This document shows positions 25,583-32,246 of a stretch of DNA of 32,246 bases, piece after piece. The stretch spans positions 1 through 32,246 of the IMG/VR virus record IMGVR_UViG_3300014818_000018, one strand, 5' to 3'. This DNA comes from a virus. Its lineage: Duplodnaviria > Caudoviricetes. Made by a program: the position numbers and the translations under genes. Position 1 is the first letter of the stretch, and each line of letters starts with the position of its first letter. The notes beneath the pieces are model-generated. The model ran no database searches. It saw nothing but the letters and a program-made list of their open reading frames with translations, and was not told the DNA's origin.

Positions 25583-25926
25583 GCGTTACCTACTGTTTTA
25601 GTGTGGCGAGTGAGTTTTATTACGTTAGACTTACTTTCTACTTCATCTGGTAGATCAGTGTCAACGTCTGTACCAAAAGTAGACCTCAGTAACTCATCTC
25701 GGTAGTCTTCTACCTCGTCGATGATTTCAGGGTGGTCTTCTCCGTACGCTAGAAAAGCGTTAAGTAGAGTTATTACGCCTATCATGTGTCTTTGGATCTC
25801 TGCTGAGAGAGAATTATTTTCACCCATCGTGATACCTGACGCAAGTTGACCGTCCCAGTCCCCTTCGTCGTCGAGTACAGGCTTGATAACTAAAGCAAAC
25901 TCATCTTCTTTTATGGTGTAGCTCAT
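25579..25926 (-). CDS. Hypothetical acidic protein (115 aa; start revised to ATG 25926)
   Basis: ATGA overlap with the endonuclease stop; C-terminal NVIKL...KT.GNA. Confidence 0.65.
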   Translation of the reverse strand: MSYTIKEDEFALVIKPVLDDEGDWDGQLASGITMGENNSLSAEIQRHMIGVITLLNAFLAYGEDHPEIIDEVEDYRDELLRSTFGTDVDTDLPDEVESKSNVIKLTRHTKTVGNA

Positions 25927-26381
25927 TTGTCTTTTCTCTCCCACTTGAGTTTGATTCTAGTCTTATCGCAAGGTTTACCAGGTTCCTTTAGCCACTCTTC
26001 AGGGATTACCCTATGTGCCCACTTGAACCCGTTCTTGTCACACCATTCGTAGTAGCGACTCTTGGCACCTTTGTTCAATAAGGCTCTAGCATTACTAAAC
26101 ACGAATCTAATATCTAACTCAGGGTGTTGAAGCTGGATAGCTAAGTGTTTGCGCCGATCTGCTGGATCAAACTTTCCCTTTGTCTCGACAATGATTCCGT
26201 TATCAAGTTCGAAGTCTGGAGTGTAGGTTCGGTACGCGAGATCCTCCCACTCAATCTTGATCTTTTCGTAACGCACTTCTTTTTGCCTCGGAGTAAGAAA
26301 AAGAACGGCCTCCTTTTCGAGACCGCTCCTATATACTCTAGCATTATGTGTACGTCTGTACCCAGTTGCTCGTTTAGCCAT
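25923..26381 (-). CDS. Endonuclease I (T7 gp3-like Holliday junction resolvase)
   Basis: YRSGLE, YTPDF.L.NGIIVETKG.F...DRRKH, HPELDIRFVF and IPEEWL motifs. Confidence 0.93.
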   Translation of the reverse strand: MAKRATGYRRTHNARVYRSGLEKEAVLFLTPRQKEVRYEKIKIEWEDLAYRTYTPDFELDNGIIVETKGKFDPADRRKHLAIQLQHPELDIRFVFSNARALLNKGAKSRYYEWCDKNGFKWAHRVIPEEWLKEPGKPCDKTRIKLKWERKDK

Positions 26382-26421
26382 CAGAGACTTCTTCTGCAGG
26401 TTCGTTAACCAGTTTAGCCAT
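26374..26421 (-). CDS. 15-aa mini-ORF MAKLVNEPAEEVSDG (leader or gene remnant)
   Basis: TAAGGAAACTAAC-ATG strong RBS; its TAA overlaps the endonuclease start by 8 nt (ATGGCTAA). Confidence 0.6.
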   Translation of the reverse strand: MAKLVNEPAEEVSDG

Positions 26422-26431
26422 GTTAGTTTCC

Positions 26432-27301
26432 TTAGATTTCTATCTCGTCTACACGAGGTTTCTTTACAGTCTTAGTCAAGTACGTGGGAAACGGCATTGC
26501 TGCATACTTGTAACCCTTAAGACCTTCTCCGTCGTTAGAGTCTGACCAACAGACCTTCTTGAAGTCACAGAACACGCAACCAATACCTAGTTTCTCATTA
26601 CCTGTTTTGGTTTCTAGTTCTGGTTCGTAACAACGCTCAGGTGGTGTGTCTGAAGCAAGGGCAACCTTTAGTTCGTCTACACGTTCCTGAGTGTCTGGTA
26701 GCATAGCTGCGCTGGGTTGATATAAGGTCATGTTCCCATCAACCTTGTTCATTGCCCAGAATGCTACACCTTTGTTGTCTGGGACAGCCTCACTGTAAGC
26801 AGATATTTGCTGCATGTAACCAAACGGATCATCAACAGCGAGTGTTGCTCGTTCGAACTTCTTGAAGGCAAAAGGAGAAGCAGACTTAACATCGACTACA
26901 TGACCGTCAATTACGGCGTCCATGTGACCTGTAATACCTGCGACCTTAACCTTCTTCTGTTCACTGGTGACGCTGTGTCCAGACAATTTAGCTACTGTAA
27001 GTAGGATCTCTTCGATGACGTCACCATAGAGAAACTTCAGTAGTTTATCGCCTGTCAACTGTTCTTTTTCATAACCTTTATCAGTGTACCATAATTGTCG
27101 CGCTGGCTTACCTAGGGCTGAAAGGCGAAGAGTTGGCCCCCCGCTTTCACGGGGAACTAGTCTGGATCGGAGCAACTCTTTCAGGTTTTCACCAAAGTCA
27201 TTGATGACCTTTTGGTTGTCTTCTGTGTCTTTGTAACCGTCAGTGAAGACAGAGTAGACGTCCTCAATTAAAGTATCAAGACTTTTAGTGTTATCTGTCA
27301 T
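26432..27301 (-). CDS. PD-(D/E)XK (Cas4/RecB-like) exonuclease
   Basis: LRLS..G...RQLWY, GH.D..IDG.VVDVKSAS, Q...Y and C-terminal C..C.....CW motifs. Confidence 0.85.
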   Translation of the reverse strand: MTDNTKSLDTLIEDVYSVFTDGYKDTEDNQKVINDFGENLKELLRSRLVPRESGGPTLRLSALGKPARQLWYTDKGYEKEQLTGDKLLKFLYGDVIEEILLTVAKLSGHSVTSEQKKVKVAGITGHMDAVIDGHVVDVKSASPFAFKKFERATLAVDDPFGYMQQISAYSEAVPDNKGVAFWAMNKVDGNMTLYQPSAAMLPDTQERVDELKVALASDTPPERCYEPELETKTGNEKLGIGCVFCDFKKVCWSDSNDGEGLKGYKYAAMPFPTYLTKTVKKPRVDEIEI

Positions 27302-27325
27302 AGTTAGCTCCTCTCCTATTTAAGT

Positions 27326-27859
27326 TTACTCGAACGAGATTTCAACTTCTTCGTCAGCCATTTTCTCCACTGCTGAAGATGTCTCGTTAGAACGAATGAC
27401 AGCTGAACCACCCTCGTAGTCCACCAGTTCCATGACTTGTCCGAAGTCGAAAGTCATTTCTTTGGTGTCTTGATTCATGTCAGTCAGGTGTCCAAGCTTA
27501 ATGATGTTACCATACTTACTGTCACCAATAGATACGAAGACGTTCATCTTGGAGCCGTTACCGATTAGATCGTTTGTGGGTCCGCCTGTTTTGTCGTAAA
27601 CCTCACCGTACCGCTTCCAACCATTGCGAGTTGTCTCGTCTAGACCGATCTGAATAAAACGGCCACCATCGAAGGTTGAGTCCTTACCTTCTTTGACCTT
27701 TTTGTTCAGCTTGTAGTCTTTCATCAACGCATCAATCTGAGGCGTCATCTTGATAGCTACTGTGAACTCACGATCATCTGACTGGTACTTAGGTGCAGAG
27801 TCCTGCAACTTAGCCCAGCTAACTTCAACATTGTTTAGTACGATTTTTTTATCAGCCAT
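27326..27859 (-). CDS. ssb: Single-stranded DNA-binding protein (T7 gp2.5-like)
   Basis: WAKL, IGNGS..NV and QV.ELV.YEG motifs; acidic tail ending in an aromatic residue; lies between polymerase and exonuclease. Confidence 0.75.
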   Translation of the reverse strand: MADKKIVLNNVEVSWAKLQDSAPKYQSDDREFTVAIKMTPQIDALMKDYKLNKKVKEGKDSTFDGGRFIQIGLDETTRNGWKRYGEVYDKTGGPTNDLIGNGSKMNVFVSIGDSKYGNIIKLGHLTDMNQDTKEMTFDFGQVMELVDYEGGSAVIRSNETSSAVEKMADEEVEISFE

Positions 27860-27893
27860 GATATTCTCCTAAGGCGTTATTAGTAGTTTGATA

Positions 27894-27922
27894 GTGATAG
27901 CTAAACAGGTATTCGTTGTCAA
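27894..27922 (-). promoter_or_regulatory. Host sigma70-type promoter upstream of ssb
   Basis: Minus strand TTGACA (27922-27917), 17-nt spacer, (GC)TATCAC (27899-27894), then TAGGAG RBS. Confidence 0.65.
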
Positions 27923-29670
27923 TGTGTCTCCAACCAGTTCCTGCCTATTTTTGCCTCCCCGTCCATAGGACAGTTCAGATTGAAGTGTGTGCCAGCGTCT
28001 ATGATAGACTGCACTTGTATTTCACCAAGTCTTTCTGCTTGATCGGCATCCACTTCGGTCTGCCATTCGTCATGTACCCATGCACACTGTTTAAAGTTAA
28101 TGCCTTCTTTCCTGGCTTGGTTCTGCCAAAAGACATTAGCTACGCGCATGAGTACTGTCTCCCCGCCCTGCAGGTACACTGACAAGGCGAGGTGTTCACT
28201 GCCGATCTTCAGGATGCGTCCGTCAAGACCTTTCATCCATCCCATACTGGCTGCATTGGCTGCTTGGCTCTTTAGTTTCTTGAGCGTAGGCAATGCTTCG
28301 TAAAAGTTAGCCATAGATTTGTTTGCTTGCGCTGGGCTGCAGTCAAGTATCTCAGCAATCTTAGCTACACCCGCCCCTAGGAGGAAGGCATAGATAAAAG
28401 TCTTAGCAGTGGGCCTGTCCTTACAGTAACGGCCCAGAGCATTCATGTTAAACGTGTGGATGTCGCCATCAATAACCTGTTCAGTATAGATCGGGTCATT
28501 CATGTAGTGTGCAAGTACTCGCAACTGAATACCTGCTGCGTCTGTACCGACTAACAGTTTACCTTCTGGAACCTTGAACACTTGGCGACACTCAGCAGCG
28601 TACATCCCGTCCATTTTCCATAGGATACCCGTCTTACCGTGAGGCACTGAAGGGATGTTAGCCATGTTAGGGCCACGATGTGCTGCGCGGTGCGTGACAG
28701 CCCCTGTGGTGATTACTGTGCCGTGTACCCTGCCATCGACCTGTGATTTCTCTAACCACTCTTGTGCCAGCTTCCAGCGTGTCTCAAGCACCTTCCATGC
28801 CTTCAGGCCAAGTACTGCCTGAGGGGCTGTGCTAGGGATGGTAGCTAAGTTCTCAGGGCAGACCTTGTAACTATCGCCTGACTTAGTTTTAACTGTAGGT
28901 CTCCAGCCAAGTCTGTCTAACCGTTTGTTGATTTGTTTAGGTGAGCCTAGGTTGAACTCCTCCCACATGATCTTGGTATAGTCACCCTGTACGTTCTGTC
29001 CCTCAAGTAGTTGGTTGGAGTGGATAGTCCCATCCTTCTTGTAACGTACAACAACCTCCTTAACGGGTACAGCAATAGGAACCATGAACTCTTTGATGTC
29101 AGCTTCGATACGCTGTGTCTCTTTAAGACATACTGTGTAGATCTCTTGAGCAAGTTCTACGTTAAGTTCAAAGCCATTGACCTGTTGTTGACACATAATC
29201 ATGTGAACCGCGTGTTCTAGGCGTATGCTTTTCTTACTGAACTTGGCACCCTCCTGCATCAAGTGGTTGTAAAGTAGTTCAGTTACATGCACGTCCTGTT
29301 TGCAGTACTCTTTCATTTCTTCTGAGTACTTAGACCAGTCAGAGAACTCATCCTTGAAGTCACCTAGACGTTCACCCCATACCTTTAGTGAGTGCCCACC
29401 CTTACGTTGTGGGTCAAACAACCTAGACAGGACAAGCGTGTCGGTAGTCTTACTGAGTGGGATCTTGTAGCCCCACAACTTTTCAATGACAGGGCTGTCG
29501 AACCCTATCCCGTTATGAGCGATCCACTCAGTAACACCCTCAGCAAACTTAGCGAAAGCTTTAGGACTACGAATGACATAGTTACCTTCGACACCTAACT
29601 CTTTAGCCACCAGTACATGGATTACTGTAGGGTCAAGGCCGTCTGTTTCAATGTCGTATACTACTCTCAC
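27919..29670 (-). CDS. polA: Family A DNA polymerase with 3'-5' exonuclease (T7 gp5-like)
   Basis: Exo motifs DIETDGL, HNGIGFD and YCKQDV; motif A DAAGIQLR, motif B RPTAKTFIY, motif C VHDE; GGAGG RBS before the GTG start. Confidence 0.95.
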   Translation of the reverse strand: MRVVYDIETDGLDPTVIHVLVAKELGVEGNYVIRSPKAFAKFAEGVTEWIAHNGIGFDSPVIEKLWGYKIPLSKTTDTLVLSRLFDPQRKGGHSLKVWGERLGDFKDEFSDWSKYSEEMKEYCKQDVHVTELLYNHLMQEGAKFSKKSIRLEHAVHMIMCQQQVNGFELNVELAQEIYTVCLKETQRIEADIKEFMVPIAVPVKEVVVRYKKDGTIHSNQLLEGQNVQGDYTKIMWEEFNLGSPKQINKRLDRLGWRPTVKTKSGDSYKVCPENLATIPSTAPQAVLGLKAWKVLETRWKLAQEWLEKSQVDGRVHGTVITTGAVTHRAAHRGPNMANIPSVPHGKTGILWKMDGMYAAECRQVFKVPEGKLLVGTDAAGIQLRVLAHYMNDPIYTEQVIDGDIHTFNMNALGRYCKDRPTAKTFIYAFLLGAGVAKIAEILDCSPAQANKSMANFYEALPTLKKLKSQAANAASMGWMKGLDGRILKIGSEHLALSVYLQGGETVLMRVANVFWQNQARKEGINFKQCAWVHDEWQTEVDADQAERLGEIQVQSIIDAGTHFNLNCPMDGEAKIGRNWLETH

Positions 29671-29673
29671 TGC

Positions 29674-31251
29674 TCACCCTCCGTAGCTATTTAGTCGTCC
29701 TGTGTGTTTACTATACAACAGGCTATCTGCAACACCTGTCTCGCCTGTGAACCTATTCTTAATGACTCGGACCTTTGTGGTGTTACGTTCAATCTCATCC
29801 TCTGCCTGTGTGTTACGTTCTAGAGCCAAGATAATGTTAGACAGCTGAGCGATACCTGCACTGCCTCTAATGTCCTGCAGATTGATTGTACCGCCTTCTT
29901 CTGGCGGCTTACGGCTCTTGTCCCTGCTCAAGTGTGACACCATCAAAAGACAGATGTCTAACTCAATAGTTAAGGTCTTAAGCTTAGTAACAATCTCATC
30001 CAGAGCCTTACGTTCATCCTTGGCATGATCGCTGACAACGATACTGATGTGGTCTAGGATAATGAACTTACACTCACAGGATCGGGCAAGGTAACGAACC
30101 ATAGAGATGATACGATCTACTGTGTTACTGCCGAAACTATCATACAAGAACACACGTCCTGTACCCAGTGTCGCTTGGTATGCTGAATCAAACTCTTCTT
30201 TAGAGTAGATGACCTCAGGTACGTGTAGTTTCTTGTCAGCGTGAATAGACATAACACCTAGGCCTGTGTCACGAGTAGGTTCCTCTAGGAACAACGTACC
30301 TACATTGCCTTTGTTCTCTTGGATTAGTCCGTAAAGAACCTCGCGCATAACTTGCGTCTTACCTACACCAGTACCTGCCACAACAGTGATCAACTCACCT
30401 GTTCGCATACCTCTGGTCATATCATTCAGACCATCAAAAGGGTATGGAACACTGTCATAGTTTGGTGGAGTAGAAACCAAGTCATACATGTCAGTACCTG
30501 ACAGGATACCGTCAGGAGTAAAGGGACCAGCCTTCTTATGGCTGTCGATAAACTCTCGCTCACGACCTTGTGTAATGTAGTCGTTAGGATCGTTGAGAGT
30601 CATCTTGACTAAACGTACCTTGCGAGGGTCAAACAACTCAGCCACTGCAAGTGCAGCCTCCTGACCAGGTTTGTCACTGTCAAAGCAGATATTGATCTTC
30701 TCGAAGCTGTCTAGCCATTCGTAATTGCGCTTACAATCTTTGACTGCACCTGACGCTCCATTGATAACTGACACACAAGGCTCAGACATAAACATCATCT
30801 GGTAAACAGACATGGCGTCGTATTCACCCTCGGTAATTGTTACTGACTTACCACCCTTAGAGAAAGCAGACTGACCAAACAGATCCGCCTTGGCATTGCC
30901 GTTGAACTTAAAGGTCTTCTCTTTGAGGCTGCGCTGTTTAAACCCTGTAGGTTTACCTTCCAAGGTGTAGATAAGTTTAACCTCATCACCTGAAGTCAGT
31001 GCTTTGTATTTCTCAGCTACAGCCTTGACAAGACCTCTAGATGAGATGGCCTGTGCTGAACCAGTTATGGGTGGTAACGGTCTCACCGTAGATAGTTGTG
31101 GCATTGTTCCCTCATCCTCTTCTTCTGTAAATGTTTTAGTCTTGCACACATGACAGAAGATACCGTCCTCGTAAGGGTAGGCACCGTCACTGCTCCCACA
31201 ACTTGTGCAAGGTCTATGTTTTTTGTCTTCGTAGTCCATTGAATAGTGCAT
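29674..31251 (-). CDS. DNA primase-helicase (T7 gp4-like)
   Basis: Cys4 zinc finger, TOPRIM ITEGEYDAM and FDSD, Walker A AGTGVGKT, IILDHISI, RGS..IAQLS and KNRFTGETG. Confidence 0.95.
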   Translation of the reverse strand: MHYSMDYEDKKHRPCTSCGSSDGAYPYEDGIFCHVCKTKTFTEEEDEGTMPQLSTVRPLPPITGSAQAISSRGLVKAVAEKYKALTSGDEVKLIYTLEGKPTGFKQRSLKEKTFKFNGNAKADLFGQSAFSKGGKSVTITEGEYDAMSVYQMMFMSEPCVSVINGASGAVKDCKRNYEWLDSFEKINICFDSDKPGQEAALAVAELFDPRKVRLVKMTLNDPNDYITQGREREFIDSHKKAGPFTPDGILSGTDMYDLVSTPPNYDSVPYPFDGLNDMTRGMRTGELITVVAGTGVGKTQVMREVLYGLIQENKGNVGTLFLEEPTRDTGLGVMSIHADKKLHVPEVIYSKEEFDSAYQATLGTGRVFLYDSFGSNTVDRIISMVRYLARSCECKFIILDHISIVVSDHAKDERKALDEIVTKLKTLTIELDICLLMVSHLSRDKSRKPPEEGGTINLQDIRGSAGIAQLSNIILALERNTQAEDEIERNTTKVRVIKNRFTGETGVADSLLYSKHTGRLNSYGG

Positions 31252-31253
31252 TG

Positions 31254-31445
31254 TTATTCTCCGTCATCTTTAAAGTCCCCTCTTAGAGACATGAAGATAA
31301 TCTGCAAAGCTGTAAGAGGCCACATAAGCGCGAACCTATCCACAGCGTGGGGATCTACATCCTCATCCTCTGGCTCTGAAATGGCATACAGGAGAGGTAT
31401 TGCTAGAACGTACATGCAAAGTAGTCCAGTAACGAATTGTGTCAT
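31254..31445 (-). CDS. Small membrane protein (63 aa)
   Basis: Two hydrophobic stretches around an acidic loop; ATGA-coupled to the upstream gene. Confidence 0.65.
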   Translation of the reverse strand: MTQFVTGLLCMYVLAIPLLYAISEPEDEDVDPHAVDRFALMWPLTALQIIFMSLRGDFKDDGE

Positions 31446-31678
31446 ATATAAATATCCTTGACGTAGTAGGCACCCTCAGGGCTTTTGTAGCCTGAGTAGA
31501 TGTCTAACCATTGTTGACTACTCATGTAGATTACCTGGTGTGTATCTAAGTGTTCATCGTACTGCCGTATGTAAACGGTACCCTCATCAGTAAAGACAAC
31601 CTCAACATCGTTGTACTCATCTTGCTGATCAAGTGTGGTGATGATACTTGCATCAGGCTCTATCTCTACTGTGTACAT
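31442..31678 (-). CDS. Hypothetical acidic protein (78 aa)
   Basis: MYTVE...ITTLD......DV.V......VYIRQ; tightly packed in the operon. Confidence 0.7.
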   Translation of the reverse strand: MYTVEIEPDASIITTLDQQDEYNDVEVVFTDEGTVYIRQYDEHLDTHQVIYMSSQQWLDIYSGYKSPEGAYYVKDIYI

Positions 31679-31680
31679 CC

Positions 31681-31899
31681 TTACAACCCTTTCATGATAG
31701 TACGACGTATTGCTTCACGAGGGTTTATGTCCGCTTGCTCAACAACAAAACCTGTGTTGTACTTAGCAGCCTCCACCTGAGCCTCAAACTTTGTGTCAAA
31801 GATCAGCTTTTTTGAGTCGTAAGTAAAGGGGTTCTCTGCTGTTGCATACGCATACTCACCTGTATCTACTTGGTACATAACTACATACTTGTCACTCAT
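31681..31899 (-). CDS. Hypothetical protein (72 aa; start revised to ATG 31899 or 31902)
   Basis: AAGGAG RBS 7 nt before ATG 31899; the longer track ORF overlaps the upstream gene. Confidence 0.65.
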   Translation of the reverse strand: MSDKYVVMYQVDTGEYAYATAENPFTYDSKKLIFDTKFEAQVEAAKYNTGFVVEQADINPREAIRRTIMKGL

Positions 31900-32047
31900 C
31901 ATGTATCTCCTTACCCTGTTTACGAAACCTTTTGTTGTAAGCACGTTTGATCCGCTTTACTTGACCTGCTTTCCATAGGTAGAACTTACGTGCTTTAGTT
32001 AGAGCATCATACTCATCACCGCCCTTCATAGGGATACGCTTAGTCAT
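31892..32047 (-). CDS. Small basic protein, 51 aa (not in ORF track)
   Basis: GGAGG RBS; MTKRIPMKGGDEYDALTKARKFYLWKAGQVKRIKRAYNKRFRKQGKEIHDE; 8-nt overlaps at both ends. Confidence 0.75.
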   Translation of the reverse strand: MTKRIPMKGGDEYDALTKARKFYLWKAGQVKRIKRAYNKRFRKQGKEIHDE

Positions 32048-32219
32048 CGTCTACCTCCCAGTATCTACAGTAAAAATGATCTCCACACGCATCAATCTCT
32101 TCCTGTGGATAACCTTCACTTACTAACCATTCCAGGGTGCTAGTAAGGTCGTCTGGTATAGGTTTAGGAAAACCATACTTCCAACCACTAGGTGGATCAC
32201 ACATTAATACTTTACTCAT
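32040..32219 (-). CDS. Hypothetical protein (59 aa; start revised to ATG 32219)
   Basis: DPPSGWKYGFPK...WL...GYP motif, familiar from small phage proteins; ATGA overlap with the upstream frame. Confidence 0.7.
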   Translation of the reverse strand: MSKVLMCDPPSGWKYGFPKPIPDDLTSTLEWLVSEGYPQEEIDACGDHFYCRYWEVDDD

Positions 32220-32246
32220 CCTGTCCAACCTTCTAACTCATCTAAC
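32216..32246 (-). CDS. 3' end of an upstream gene (...LDELEGWTG), truncated by the window edge
   Basis: Open frame from the window edge ending in a TGA that overlaps ATG 32219. Confidence 0.4.
   Translation of the reverse strand, partial: LDELEGWTG

Larger units (their letters stand above)
1..32246. mobile_element. Bacteriophage genome segment (marine podovirus, SIO1/cobavirus- or HMO-2011-like organisation)
   Basis: All recognisable genes are phage-type. Structural genes lie on +, T7-like replication and nucleotide-metabolism genes on -, converging on one terminator. No host housekeeping genes or integrase in the window. Confidence 0.95.

Noticed and set aside
26432-27301. CRISPR-Cas system suggested by the Cas4-like nuclease
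   Set aside because: No repeat-spacer array or other cas genes; stand-alone PD-(D/E)XK exonucleases are normal in phage replication modules.
22824-31251. Introns or inteins in RNR, polymerase or helicase
   Set aside because: The ORFs are continuous and compact, with no intein or LAGLIDADG motifs seen.
21278-31780. Plus-strand and nested ORFs in the - arm (e.g. 22697..22918, 23455..23778, 27916..28182)
   Set aside because: Shadow ORFs of conserved genes; 22697..22918 is better explained by the minus-strand 54-aa gene.
1-32246. tRNA genes, integrase/att site, phage RNA polymerase or repeated phage-specific promoters
   Set aside because: None recognised; spacers are too short for tRNAs and no repeated ~20-bp promoter motif was seen. 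They could lie outside the window.

Overview
The window is a 32-kb piece of a lytic, T7-supergroup-like marine podovirus genome; the host is probably an alphaproteobacterium such as a roseobacter (inference). Two convergent gene arms meet at a bidirectional intrinsic terminator (~20826-20862). The + arm (1-20823) is morphogenesis: a mosaic cluster of tail-fibre, adhesin and chaperone genes, tail adaptor and nozzle, main fibre plus glycine-rich adhesin, ejection/internal virion proteins, a PG-binding muramidase-like protein and a holin-like protein. The - arm (20856-32246) is replication and nucleotide metabolism: T7 gp4-like primase-helicase, family A DNA polymerase, SSB, PD-(D/E)XK exonuclease, endonuclease I, DUF3310, MazG, class II RNR, glutaredoxin, EndoVII-like nuclease and PhoH. 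This layout recalls SIO1/cobavirus and HMO-2011-type roseophages. Main observations beyond the ORF track: (1) two intercistronic H-type RNA pseudoknots of different sequence but identical 5-1-5-2-5-6-5 geometry, each starting 4 nt after a UAA stop and ending 24-26 nt before the next start; (2) a PolA with coordinated substitutions at normally near-invariant pocket residues (Klenow E710Q, Y766L, N845S, and TGR to THR); (3) four 15-20-codon mini-ORFs bridging genes, two of which look like scars of tail-fibre cassette exchange; (4) apparent near-absence of CCGG. All product calls come from motif recognition; no database searches were run.
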